From Alistipes sp. (GTDB taxonomy: Bacteria > Bacteroidota > Bacteroidia > Bacteroidales > Rikenellaceae): a stretch of DNA of 64,000 bases. The stretch spans positions 12,775-76,774 of the forward strand of contig JAZRCN010000019.1 in assembly GCA_045659765.1 (NCBI GenBank). Reading direction: 5' to 3'. Of this stretch, positions 38,174 to 47,660 are shown one piece after another. The position numbers were made by a program, and so were the translations under genes. The notes beneath the pieces are model-generated. The model was not told the DNA's origin and ran no database searches. It saw only the letters and a program-made list of their open reading frames with translations. Position 1 is the first letter of the stretch. Every line of letters starts with the position of its first letter.

Positions 38174-38770
38174 CTAAAGTATCGCCTCGATAGCCTCGGC
38201 TACGCGCTTTAGCTCTGTCGTAGGCTCGAAGCGTGCTACGACCTTACCCTCGCGGTCGATGAGGAACTTTGTGAAGTTCCACTTGATGTCCGACTTAGAT
38301 GCATAGTCGGGGTCCGCTGCGCTTAATATCTCGTGGAGCTTCTCACCGATGGGGTGTCCCTCATCAAAGCCCGCAAAGCCCTTTTCGCTCTTAAGCCACT
38401 TGTATAGTGGTGTAGCATTCTCGCCATTTACCTCAATCTTCTTAAGCTGTGGGAATGTCGTGCCATAGTTGAGCTGGCAGAACTGAGTGGTCTCAGCATC
38501 GCTCTCGGGTGACTGACCGCCAAACTGGTTGCAGGGGAAATCTAAGATCTCGAAACCGCGATCCTTATATCGCTTGTATAGCTCCTCCAGCTCGGCATAC
38601 TGAGGTGTGAAGCCACACTTGCTTGCCGTATTTACGATAAGGAGTACCTTGCCCTTTAGATCGCTAAGTTTTAGCGTCTTACCACCCTGTGCCTGCGCCT
38701 CGAAACCATATACCGTGCAATCGTTCTGCTTCTTTGAGCCACAACAGCAGCTCTTCTTTCTAATCTCCAT
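38174..38770 (-). CDS. Glutathione peroxidase family protein (Cys-type)
   Basis: VNTASKCGFTPQY, FPCNQFG, KWNFTKFL. Confidence 0.93.
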   Translation of the reverse strand: MEIRKKSCCCGSKKQNDCTVYGFEAQAQGGKTLKLSDLKGKVLLIVNTASKCGFTPQYAELEELYKRYKDRGFEILDFPCNQFGGQSPESDAETTQFCQLNYGTTFPQLKKIEVNGENATPLYKWLKSEKGFAGFDEGHPIGEKLHEILSAADPDYASKSDIKWNFTKFLIDREGKVVARFEPTTELKRVAEAIEAIL

Positions 38771-39014
38771 ATTTCAAATTGTTTTATTCTAAATTTATAT
38801 ATCTGTTTTGCATTTCAAATCTTGTGCAAAAGTATATATAAAATTCTATTTTGAAATATTTATAGGCAAAAAGTTATATTATATATTCTTATGATGCTAT
38901 AAGCAAAACTTAATCACGTTTGGTGTGACTTATGTTTTGGATTATTGCAGCGATAAACAACGAAGGCTACCCAACGCTCTGTTAGATAGCCTCCATAGGT
39001 TGTGACCGATATGG

Positions 39015-39683
39015 TTAATACTCTCTCGCTCCGAATATTGCAGTGCCGATGCGTACCATTGTCGAGCCATACTCCAAGGCGATAGGGTAGTCGTCCGACA
39101 TGCCGATAGATAGGGTGTCGAACGCTTCGCCAAACGAGGGTTTAAGCTCCTCGAAGATAGAGCGTATGCGCGCAAAATCGCGACGGATGATAGACTCGTC
39201 ATCGGTGTTCGTAGCGATGGTCATTACACCTCGTACGCGGATATGCTCCATTGTGCACAGCTCGCCACTTGCAAGGTATTGGCGTAGCTCCTCATAATCC
39301 CATCCCGACTTGCTCTCCTCCTCGGCAACATGCACCTCTAAGAGTATATCTATGGTGCGGTTGTAGCGTGCTGCCTGCTTCTCGATCTCGGCAATAAGGC
39401 GGTCGGAGTCTACAGAGGCAATCATCGTAACGAATGGAGCGATCATCTTCACCTTGTTGGTCTGAAGATGACCTATCATGTGCCACTCTATATCTGCGGG
39501 AAGCGCGGCTTGCTTGGCTGCCATCTCCTGAGGTCGGCTCTCACCAAAGATGCGCTGACCAGCATCGTAGGCCTCCTGAAGACGCTCGGCAGGGTGAAAT
39601 TTCGATACGGCAACAAGACTAACCCCTTCGGGTAGTGTTGCTAATATTTTGTTTAGTCGCTCTTTAACTGTACTCATAAACAT
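39015..39683 (-). CDS. yggS: Pyridoxal phosphate homeostasis protein YggS
   Basis: VAVSK, FGESRPQE, WHMIGHLQTNK, LSIGMSDDY, VRIGTAIFG. Confidence 0.93.
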   Translation of the reverse strand: MFMSTVKERLNKILATLPEGVSLVAVSKFHPAERLQEAYDAGQRIFGESRPQEMAAKQAALPADIEWHMIGHLQTNKVKMIAPFVTMIASVDSDRLIAEIEKQAARYNRTIDILLEVHVAEEESKSGWDYEELRQYLASGELCTMEHIRVRGVMTIATNTDDESIIRRDFARIRSIFEELKPSFGEAFDTLSIGMSDDYPIALEYGSTMVRIGTAIFGAREY

Positions 39684-39882
39684 CTGGCTTCAAAAGTCTA
39701 TCTGTATACACTCTACAAAGGTATGAAAAATATTCGAATTGCACTATTCGAAGTCATACAAATACGGTTATGAGGGTTTATAATTATCTATTTTGGGTGT
39801 ATGAGTTTGTGGTTTCCGAAATTTTGAGTATCTTTGAGAGATTTTATGATAAAATTATAAATAACATAAACTTAAAACTACT

Positions 39883-41514
39883 ATGAAAAAACTATTCACA
39901 ATGCTCGCTTTGGTGGGCGCGATGCTCGGCACGGCACTCAATGCTGACGCCTGCACCAACTTTATCGTAACACGTGGAGCATCTACCGATGGCTCAAATA
40001 TGGTTACCTATGCAGCCGACTCACACGGTCTATATGGCTCACTCTACCAGTATATCCCTGGTAAGTACACTCAGTATATGGATGTTACGGAGTGGGATAC
40101 AGGTCGCTACCTTGGTCAGATTCTTCAGGCCGAGACTCGCTACCGCACACTCGGTAACTCTAACGAGCACTCGCTCTTCATTACTGAGACAACATTCGGT
40201 GGTCGTCCCGAGTTGGAGGACCCAAAGGGCGGTATCGACTACGGCTCATTGATCTATATCACATTGCAGCGCGCTAAGACCGCTCGCGAGGCTATCGACA
40301 TCATCGTAGATCTTGCGAATACCTACGGCTACTGCTCTTCTGGTGAGTCATTCTCGCTTATCGACACCGAGGAGGCGTGGATTATGGAGCTTATCGGCAA
40401 GGGTCCAGAGGATAAGGGTATCGTATGGGTAGCACGTCGTATTCCTGATGGCTATGTATCGGCTCACGCTAACCAGGCACGTATCACTACATTCCCTTGG
40501 AACGATCCTGAGAACTGCCTCTATGCTCCCGATGTTGCGGATGTAGCTCGTAAGTTCGGTTGGTTCGATGGCGCGAACGAGGATTTCAGCTTTGCTGAGG
40601 CCTATGCACCACTCGATTTCGGTGCTATGCGTGGTTGCGAGGCCCGTGTATGGGCATTCTTCCGCACAGTAGCCGAGGATATGGATCAGTATGAGGATTA
40701 TGCTATGGGTCATAACCCAGCTAACCGTATGCCTTTGTGGGTAAAGCCTACCGAGAAGGTATCGCCTAAGGTGTTGATGGATTGCATGCGTGACCACTAC
40801 GAGGGTACAAAGATGGATATGACATCGGATATTGGTGCTGGTGGCGAGGGTTGCCCATACCGCTGGCGTCCTATGTACTTCGAGGTTGATGGCGTGGAGT
40901 ACTGCAACGAGCGTGCAACAGCTACTCAGCAGACAGGCTTCTGGCTTGTAGGTCAGGCTCGTCCTGGCAAGGTGGGTATCCTCTGGTTTGGTACCGACGA
41001 TGCAGCTACATCGCCTCTTACGCCTATCTACGTAACATCTACCGAGGTTCCCGAGTGCTTGAAGGAGGGTAATGGCTCAATGCTCAAGTACTCAGATACA
41101 TCTATGTTCTGGATCACTAACCGCGTTGCTCAGTTTGCATATTTGCGCTACAATATCGTAGGTAAGTATGTTCGCGAGGTGGTGGATGCTTGGGAGAATA
41201 AGATGTTGAATATTGTCCCCGAGATGGATGCAAAGATTGCAAACGTATCTAACAACGATAAGAAGGCTCGCAAGGTTGCTACGGAGCTCTCAGTAAACAA
41301 CGCACAGGGTATCTTCAATATCTGGGTTGATCTCGACAAGTACCTCATGGTTAAGTACATCGACGGTAACGTTAAGGGTGAGGATGAGAATGGCTTTATC
41401 GACAATGGCAACGGTAAGGATATCCCTGGCAAGATTGAGCAGCCTGGCTACACCGAGAATTGGAAGCGTGCGGTAGCTGCTGACAAGGGCGAGATTTTGA
41501 AGGTGGTAAAGTAA
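39883..41514 (+). CDS. C69 family dipeptidase (Ntn hydrolase)
   Basis: Signal peptide then ACTN nucleophile; ETTFGGR, IDYGSL, SSGESF, HANQARI. Confidence 0.9.
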   Translation: MKKLFTMLALVGAMLGTALNADACTNFIVTRGASTDGSNMVTYAADSHGLYGSLYQYIPGKYTQYMDVTEWDTGRYLGQILQAETRYRTLGNSNEHSLFITETTFGGRPELEDPKGGIDYGSLIYITLQRAKTAREAIDIIVDLANTYGYCSSGESFSLIDTEEAWIMELIGKGPEDKGIVWVARRIPDGYVSAHANQARITTFPWNDPENCLYAPDVADVARKFGWFDGANEDFSFAEAYAPLDFGAMRGCEARVWAFFRTVAEDMDQYEDYAMGHNPANRMPLWVKPTEKVSPKVLMDCMRDHYEGTKMDMTSDIGAGGEGCPYRWRPMYFEVDGVEYCNERATATQQTGFWLVGQARPGKVGILWFGTDDAATSPLTPIYVTSTEVPECLKEGNGSMLKYSDTSMFWITNRVAQFAYLRYNIVGKYVREVVDAWENKMLNIVPEMDAKIANVSNNDKKARKVATELSVNNAQGIFNIWVDLDKYLMVKYIDGNVKGEDENGFIDNGNGKDIPGKIEQPGYTENWKRAVAADKGEILKVVK

Positions 41515-41546
41515 TTGCACTAAACAACGACTAAAGAGTTATCATT

Positions 41547-42926
41547 ATGGAAAGATACGATATTATCGTCATTGGCTCGGGCCCTGGTGGCTATGTAGCT
41601 GCTATTCGTGCTGCGCAGTGTGGCAAGCGTGTAGCTATCGTCGAGAAGGCCGATGCAGGTGGTGTATGTCTTAACTGGGGTTGTATCCCCACTAAGGCCT
41701 TGGTGCGCTCAGCGCAGGTATATGCCGACTGCAAGGCTGCTGCGACCTATGGCGTAGCTATCGAGGGCGAGGTTAAGCCCGACTGGGCGAAGATGGTGGA
41801 GCGTGAGCGTATGGTGGCAACCACGATGAACAAGGGTGTTCAGTTCCTCCTCAAGAAGAACAATATCGACGTTCTCGCAGGCTTCGGTAGCCTTAAGGCT
41901 GCTAATATTGTCGATGTCGATGGCGTGGAGTATGAGGCTGGTAATGTGATCCTTGCTACGGGAGCACGTCCTCGCGTTATGCCATTTATGCCTATCGATG
42001 GCAAGCATATCATCTCATCTAAGGAGGCTTTGGTATTGCCCGCGTTGCCCGAGACAATGGTTGTTGTCGGCTCGGGAGCTATCGGCTCGGAGTTTGCCTA
42101 CATCTATGCTACGATGGGCGTTAAGGTGACCATCGTGGAGTATATGCCACAGATCATGCCTTTGGAGGATGAGGATACAGCTAAGGCTATGGAGCGCGCC
42201 TTCCGCAAGCTTAAGGCTACGGTTATGACCTCTACGACGGTTAAGCAGGTTGCTGTTCGTGAGGATGGCAAGTGCGTAGTTGAGGTTGAGGGTAAGAAGG
42301 GCGCTCAGACACTCGAGGCGGATATCGTACTCTCGGCAGTAGGTATCAAGTCAAATATCGAGAATATGGGCCTTGAGGAGCTCGGCATCGAGATCGAGCG
42401 AGATAAGGTCAAGGTCGATGAGCACTATAAGACGTCGGTAGATGGTGTGTATGCTATCGGTGATATCATTGCGACGCCTGCCCTTGCACACGTGGCCTCT
42501 GCCGAGGCTATCCACTGCGTGGAGCACATCTGCGGTTTGGAGCCTGAGGCTATCGACTACTCGACAATTCCTTCGTGCATCTTCACCTCTCCCGAGGTTG
42601 CCTCAGTAGGTCTTACCGAGGCTCAGGTTAAGGCTCAGGGTGTCGAGTATAAGGTCGGCAAGTTCCCATACACCGCATCGGGTAAGGCTACGGCTGCTGG
42701 CGAGCGTGATGGCTTCGTGAAGCTTATCTTCGACGCAGAGGAGAAGTTGCTCGGAGCGCACTTCGTGGGTCACAACGTGACAGAGATGATTGGTGAGCCT
42801 ACGTTGGCTAAGGTGTTGGGTGTAAATGCTCACCGCATTGCTCGCACCATTCATGCACATCCATCTATGCATGAGGCGGTTATGGAGGCTGCGGAGGATG
42901 CTCTTGGTTGTGCTATCCACATGTAA
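41547..42926 (+). CDS. lpdA: Dihydrolipoyl dehydrogenase
   Basis: GSGPGG, GGVCLNWGCIPTK redox disulfide, GSGAIG, HAHPSMHE. Confidence 0.95.
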   Translation: MERYDIIVIGSGPGGYVAAIRAAQCGKRVAIVEKADAGGVCLNWGCIPTKALVRSAQVYADCKAAATYGVAIEGEVKPDWAKMVERERMVATTMNKGVQFLLKKNNIDVLAGFGSLKAANIVDVDGVEYEAGNVILATGARPRVMPFMPIDGKHIISSKEALVLPALPETMVVVGSGAIGSEFAYIYATMGVKVTIVEYMPQIMPLEDEDTAKAMERAFRKLKATVMTSTTVKQVAVREDGKCVVEVEGKKGAQTLEADIVLSAVGIKSNIENMGLEELGIEIERDKVKVDEHYKTSVDGVYAIGDIIATPALAHVASAEAIHCVEHICGLEPEAIDYSTIPSCIFTSPEVASVGLTEAQVKAQGVEYKVGKFPYTASGKATAAGERDGFVKLIFDAEEKLLGAHFVGHNVTEMIGEPTLAKVLGVNAHRIARTIHAHPSMHEAVMEAAEDALGCAIHM

Positions 42927-43051
42927 TTTCTTGTGATAAGGGGTCATCTTCGGCTCTTCAATCAAAATGGCGAATGGGAAATACGTCAAGTATGTCCCAT
43001 CCGCCATTTCTCATGTCATAGCCAAATCTGACCCCTTCTAACAAGAAATTA
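42924..43051. repeat. 128-bp ERIC-like hairpin element, subfamily A
   Basis: TAATTTCTTGT...ACAAGAAATTA, TA at both ends, left TA lies in the lpdA stop codon. Confidence 0.9.
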
Positions 43052-43455
43052 TGGTTGTGGTGCTTGGGTAGGGTGTTGCTGCGTTGTCGCTTGACGTTGA
43101 GATATTGGGGTGTATGGGGGCGGGCTAAAGCCCTGTTGAGGGCGCAAGCAGAGCTTGCTCTTGGGGATGCTTCGTGTTTGTTGCGCGTGAATGTCATGCT
43201 GAGCGAAGACGAAGCATCTCCTCAAAGCCGACAAGTGGCTACGTATAAAATAAAACACTCGCGCTACATTGTCGCGTAGGAGATCCCTCGGCTACGCTCG
43301 GGATGACCCTTTAGAAGAGGTGCTCCCCATAAGCACCGTCAGGTGCGCTCCCCATTAAATGCGTTAGCCCGTCCCCATAAGCACCTTTAGGTGTGCCCCC
43401 AAAGAGCAAGCCTTTGCTTGCGCCCCCAAAGCGTAACCCCCCCCCGTAAAGCGAT
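43052..43455. repeat. Composite nested-palindrome repeat with central REP-like doublet (copy 2)
   Basis: Aligns with 34140-34530; REP arms at 43192-43222 and 43278-43307. Confidence 0.9.
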
Positions 43456-43517
43456 ACTCTTAATTTTCTCATTTTCATATTTTATTCCTATCTTTGTGCT
43501 CAATTAAACGCCAGACT

Positions 43518-44246
43518 ATGCGATATTTCATTGAACTACAATACGATGGTGCTGCCTATTGTGGGTGGCAGCGACAGCCTGACGAGCCTACGGTGCAGGG
43601 CGCGATAGAGCAAAAATTGTCGATGTTGCTGCGCAAAGATACCGAGATTGTCGGAGCAGGACGTACCGATACGGGGGTTAATGCCTCGTTCTATATCGCA
43701 CATTTTGACAGCGATGTAGCCGTCGATTGTCAGCAGCTCGCCTATAAACTTAACAAGGTGCTGCCCGACGATATAGCCATCATTCGCATCTACGAAGTCG
43801 AGGCCGACAAACACGCGAGATTTGATGCCAAAGAGCGAGAATATACCTATCTTCTCACGCAGCATAAGTCGCCCTTTAGGCGCTTCTCGGCGTGGCGTTT
43901 CGAGGTCGATTTGAATGTCGAGGCGATGAATAATGCAGCAGCAAAGCTCCTTGAGTACGAGGATTTTACGTCGTTTGCAAAACTCAATTCTAATAACAAG
44001 ACGAATATCTGCCACATCACTCATGCCGAGTGGCTCAGAGAGGCTGATGGAACGCTTCGTTTCACAATTCGAGCAGATCGTTTCCTACGCAATATGGTAC
44101 GCGCTATTGTCGGCACGTTGGTCGATGTTGGGCGTGGTCGCTACACGGTTGAGGAGTTCGAGGATATCATTCGTTCTAAGGACTTGTCGCGCTCGAGTGC
44201 GGGTGCTCCAGCGTGTGGACTCTTCCTCTCAGGTGTAAAGTACTAA
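43518..44246 (+). CDS. truA: tRNA pseudouridine(38-40) synthase
   Basis: YDGAAYCGWQ, GAGRTDTGV, HARF, FLRNMVR. Confidence 0.95.
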   Translation: MRYFIELQYDGAAYCGWQRQPDEPTVQGAIEQKLSMLLRKDTEIVGAGRTDTGVNASFYIAHFDSDVAVDCQQLAYKLNKVLPDDIAIIRIYEVEADKHARFDAKEREYTYLLTQHKSPFRRFSAWRFEVDLNVEAMNNAAAKLLEYEDFTSFAKLNSNNKTNICHITHAEWLREADGTLRFTIRADRFLRNMVRAIVGTLVDVGRGRYTVEEFEDIIRSKDLSRSSAGAPACGLFLSGVKY

Positions 44247-44348
44247 TTGGAAATTAGTAGCTAAAATATCTAAGTGATGCGCTATGTTTGCACATAGTGC
44301 ATTTTTTTTGTAACTTTACCGCGTTTTAATTATAACTGATGTAAAAGT

Positions 44349-45059
44349 ATGAAGTGTGCAATTATAGGTCATGGCAAAATGGGTCGCGAGATTGAGCGTA
44401 TACTTGCCGAGCGTGGCCATAGCGTAGAGCTTGTTATTGATGAGGCAAATGCTGAGGAGCTTACTGCCGAGAATGTCGCTTGTGTAGATGTATGTTTCGA
44501 GTTCACCACACCCGAGACGGCTGCCGCAAACGTGGAGAAGGTGTTGTCGGCAGGCGGTAGAGTAGTGTGCGGCACTACGGGTTGGCTCAAGGAGCTCCCT
44601 ACGATGGAGGCTCTTGCCGAGGAGAAGGGTGGCGCATTGTTCTATGCCTCGAATTTCTCGATTGGCGTCAATGTGATGTTCCGTCTTAACCGTCGCCTTG
44701 CCGAGTTGATGAATCCTCATAAGGAGTACGACGTGCGCATCGAGGAGACTCACCACATGTGGAAGAAGGGTGCTCCGAGCGGTACGGCTATTACGCTTGC
44801 CGAGGGTATCATCGAGAAGTTGGATCGCAAGGGCGAGTGGGTAAATGCCGCGACGGAGAACCCCGAGCAGCTATTTATCGAGTCGCACCGCGAGGGTATG
44901 GTGCCAGGTATTCACACCATCACCTACACATCGGCTGACGATGTCTTGGAGGTGAAGCACTCTATTCTCAACCGTCGTGCATTGGCTATGGGTGCGGTTG
45001 TTGCGGGTGAGTACCTCAATGGTAAGTGTGGCGTGCACACTATGGATAACCTCTTTTAA
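44349..45059 (+). CDS. dapB: 4-hydroxy-tetrahydrodipicolinate reductase
   Basis: GHGKMG, CGTTGW, ASNFSIG, ETHH..K..APSGTA. Confidence 0.92.
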   Translation: MKCAIIGHGKMGREIERILAERGHSVELVIDEANAEELTAENVACVDVCFEFTTPETAAANVEKVLSAGGRVVCGTTGWLKELPTMEALAEEKGGALFYASNFSIGVNVMFRLNRRLAELMNPHKEYDVRIEETHHMWKKGAPSGTAITLAEGIIEKLDRKGEWVNAATENPEQLFIESHREGMVPGIHTITYTSADDVLEVKHSILNRRALAMGAVVAGEYLNGKCGVHTMDNLF

Positions 45060-45067
45060 GATTGGCT

Positions 45068-46567
45068 ATGAATTCGATTAAGAAGATATATTCGGCTGTT
45101 CGCAATGTTGTGGCAAGCCCTTGGGTGCTGGCCATAATTACGGCTGTTGTCGTTTCGGCCTTTGCGGTGTGGTATGGTGCTGCATGGTCGCTTATTGTTG
45201 CACTGCCATTCATCTACGACTACTACATTGGTCATCGCATGGCAACGCTACACCATAAGCTCTACGAGCGTTACGCATGGTGGCGAGTGGCCTATGCAGT
45301 CTGGTGCGCGCTATTCTTCGCCCTTGTTGTAGGTGTCATTATCCACATGCTTATATTCCGCTGGAAAGCACCATTTCTGCTCACCTTCTGTGTAGTCTTT
45401 GCCTATGCGTTGTGGAACGAGCTTAAGCGTCAGACGAAGGTCTACGTGTGGATATATGGCTGGGTAAATGCTATCCTTTGGGCCGTAGTGTTGGCTACGC
45501 TCATTCAGTCGTACTGGTTTCAGATGTTTGTCATCCCTACGGGCTCTATGGAGAGTACGTTGTTGGCGGGTGACTATATCGTCGTAAATAAGGTGTCGTA
45601 TGGCCCACGTGTGCCTATGACACCGCTATCATTCCCGTTCGTACACAATACCTTGCCGATGAACGATAAGAAGGCATCGTTTTCGACAAAGTGGCAGCGT
45701 GATTATCGTCGTCTGGCCTCGACAAGCGAGGTGCAGCGTGGCGATATTGTCGTGTTCAACTTCCCCGAGGGCGACACCGTGGTTATGGAAATGCCTGCGG
45801 TGAGCTACTACCAGCTTCTTCGTGATAAGAGCTACGGAGCAACGGTGGCTGAGCGTAGAGCTAACCTTGCTGAGAACTTCCATGTCGTAGCGCGACCCTT
45901 GGATAAGAAGGAGAACTATATCAAGCGTTGTGTGGCTGTCGCTGGCGATACTATGCGCATTGTCGATGGTGTGGTATATTGCAACGATGTCGAGGAGAGT
46001 GCTATCCCCGATAAACAATACTACTACTACAACGAGGTTACGGGCAAGCCCCTCAAGATGGGTATGGATGCATCTATTGGAGGCTATGCAGAGTTGCCTG
46101 TGCGCGACTCGGAACTTTCGGCATATAGCGATACGACACGTTACCGCCTCGTAAAAATTGGCGATGGTGTGCGTAGTGGCCTTATCCCGCATACACGTCG
46201 TGGCGCATCGGCCGAGTGGACACTCGACAACTTTGGTCCGGTGTGGATTCCAGCTGCGGGCGAGGGTGTAGAACTTAATGCCGAGAATGTGGCTATGTAT
46301 GGCCGCTGCATCGAGGTCTACGAGGGTCATAGTTTGGAGGAGCGCGATGGTCGCTGGTTTGTCGATGGTGAGGAGGCTACGACATATACCTTCGAGCAGG
46401 ACTACTACTTTATGATGGGCGACAATCGCCACGGCTCGTTGGATTCACGCTTCTGGGGTTTTGTCCCTGCCGACCACATAGTGGGTAAGGCATCGTATAT
46501 ATGGTTCTCGGTAGACCCCTACGAGGGTGGTATACGCTGGGAGCGAATGTTTAGTGCGATAAAATAG
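45068..46567 (+). CDS. lepB: Signal peptidase I
   Basis: IPTGSME (Ser), YIKRCV (Lys), GDNRHGSLDSRFWG; extended multi-TM N-terminus. Confidence 0.92.
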   Translation: MNSIKKIYSAVRNVVASPWVLAIITAVVVSAFAVWYGAAWSLIVALPFIYDYYIGHRMATLHHKLYERYAWWRVAYAVWCALFFALVVGVIIHMLIFRWKAPFLLTFCVVFAYALWNELKRQTKVYVWIYGWVNAILWAVVLATLIQSYWFQMFVIPTGSMESTLLAGDYIVVNKVSYGPRVPMTPLSFPFVHNTLPMNDKKASFSTKWQRDYRRLASTSEVQRGDIVVFNFPEGDTVVMEMPAVSYYQLLRDKSYGATVAERRANLAENFHVVARPLDKKENYIKRCVAVAGDTMRIVDGVVYCNDVEESAIPDKQYYYYNEVTGKPLKMGMDASIGGYAELPVRDSELSAYSDTTRYRLVKIGDGVRSGLIPHTRRGASAEWTLDNFGPVWIPAAGEGVELNAENVAMYGRCIEVYEGHSLEERDGRWFVDGEEATTYTFEQDYYFMMGDNRHGSLDSRFWGFVPADHIVGKASYIWFSVDPYEGGIRWERMFSAIK

Positions 46568-46574
46568 CGAAGAG

Positions 46575-47180
46575 GTGGCAGCTGATAGTTATAAGACCAT
46601 TGCACGACCTGCTGAGACGACATATCGTCAGCTCAGCAGCAAGTTCCTTACCTATGCCTACCCCGTAGAGACGGAGGAGGAGATCAAGGAGTATCTCGAT
46701 GCGTTGCGTAAGAGGTGGTTCGATGCTACGCACCACTGCTACGCATGGCGCTTGGGCCCGCATGGTGAGCAGTTTCGAGCCAATGACGATGGTGAGCCGA
46801 GCTCTACGGCGGGTAAGCCTATCTTGGGTCAGCTCCTCTCGAACGAGATAACGAACTGTCTGGTTGTCGTTGTGCGCTACTTCGGTGGCACGAAGCTTGG
46901 CGTTCCAGGTCTTATCGCTGCCTATAAGGAGTCTACGGCACAGGTCCTGGCCGAGTGCGAGGTTATAGAGCGCACGGTGGATGTGGTGCTTAAGGTAGAG
47001 TTCTCGTATATTGTCATGAACGATATTATGCGTATCGTTAAGGATATGCAACCTAAGGTGCTCAGCCAGGAGTTTGACAACTTGTGTACGATGCATTTGT
47101 CTATTCGCGAGAGCGAGTCGGAGCAGCTTCTCGGCCGCCTCAGTAAGGTTGAGGATGCATGTGTGGATGTAGTAGAGTAG
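46575..47180 (+). CDS. YigZ/IMPACT family protein
   Basis: SKF, ATHHCYA, NDDGEPSSTAG, VVRYFGGTKLG. Confidence 0.92.
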   Translation: MAADSYKTIARPAETTYRQLSSKFLTYAYPVETEEEIKEYLDALRKRWFDATHHCYAWRLGPHGEQFRANDDGEPSSTAGKPILGQLLSNEITNCLVVVVRYFGGTKLGVPGLIAAYKESTAQVLAECEVIERTVDVVLKVEFSYIVMNDIMRIVKDMQPKVLSQEFDNLCTMHLSIRESESEQLLGRLSKVEDACVDVVE

Positions 47181-47216
47181 CTCTTATGATGGCTTATGTT
47201 ATAGGTGATATTTTAG

Positions 47217-47323
47217 AATGTCATTCCGAGCTTGTCGAGGAATCTCCTAAAATATATCCTGTAATATAGTACTGGCTCGGAGGAGATCCTTCGACTACGC
47301 TTTGCTTCGCTCAGGATGACATT
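47217..47323. repeat. REP-like palindrome doublet upstream of GIY-YIG gene 1
   Basis: AATGTCATTCCGAGCTTGTCGAGGAATCTCCT...AGGAGATCCTTCGAC..CTCAGGATGACATT. Confidence 0.9.
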
Positions 47324-47363
47324 GTTGGTTGTAACGACTGCTTGTGTAAAAACAGTAAAGATA

Positions 47364-47660
47364 ATGCGTAAGTATTGGATATACATTGTTGGAAATAAAT
47401 ACTTATCATCTCTATACACGGGGGTAACGAACAATCTTGTTAGACGAGTATGGGAGCATAAGTGTGGCAATGTTGAAGGGTTTACGCATAAGTATAGATG
47501 CTCAAATCTTCTCTATTTCGAGGAGTACGGAGATATAAATAACGCTATTGCTCGGGAGAAGCAGATAAAGGGCTGGCGAAGAGATAAAAAGATAGAATTA
47601 ATCATATCAATGAACCCAGATAGAGTAGATTTGGTAGCAGATTGGTTTGTTGAAAGTTGA
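47364..47660 (+). CDS. Stand-alone GIY-YIG nuclease (98 aa)
   Basis: [36 protein letters not shown]; AT-richer than its neighbours. Confidence 0.9.
   Translation: MRKYWIYIVGNKYLSSLYTGVTNNLVRRVWEHKCGNVEGFTHKYRCSNLLYFEEYGDINNAIAREKQIKGWRRDKKIELIISMNPDRVDLVADWFVES

Noticed and set aside
38600-38630. Possible selenocysteine in the glutathione peroxidase
   Set aside because: The active-site codon is TGT (Cys) and the ORF has no in-frame TGA
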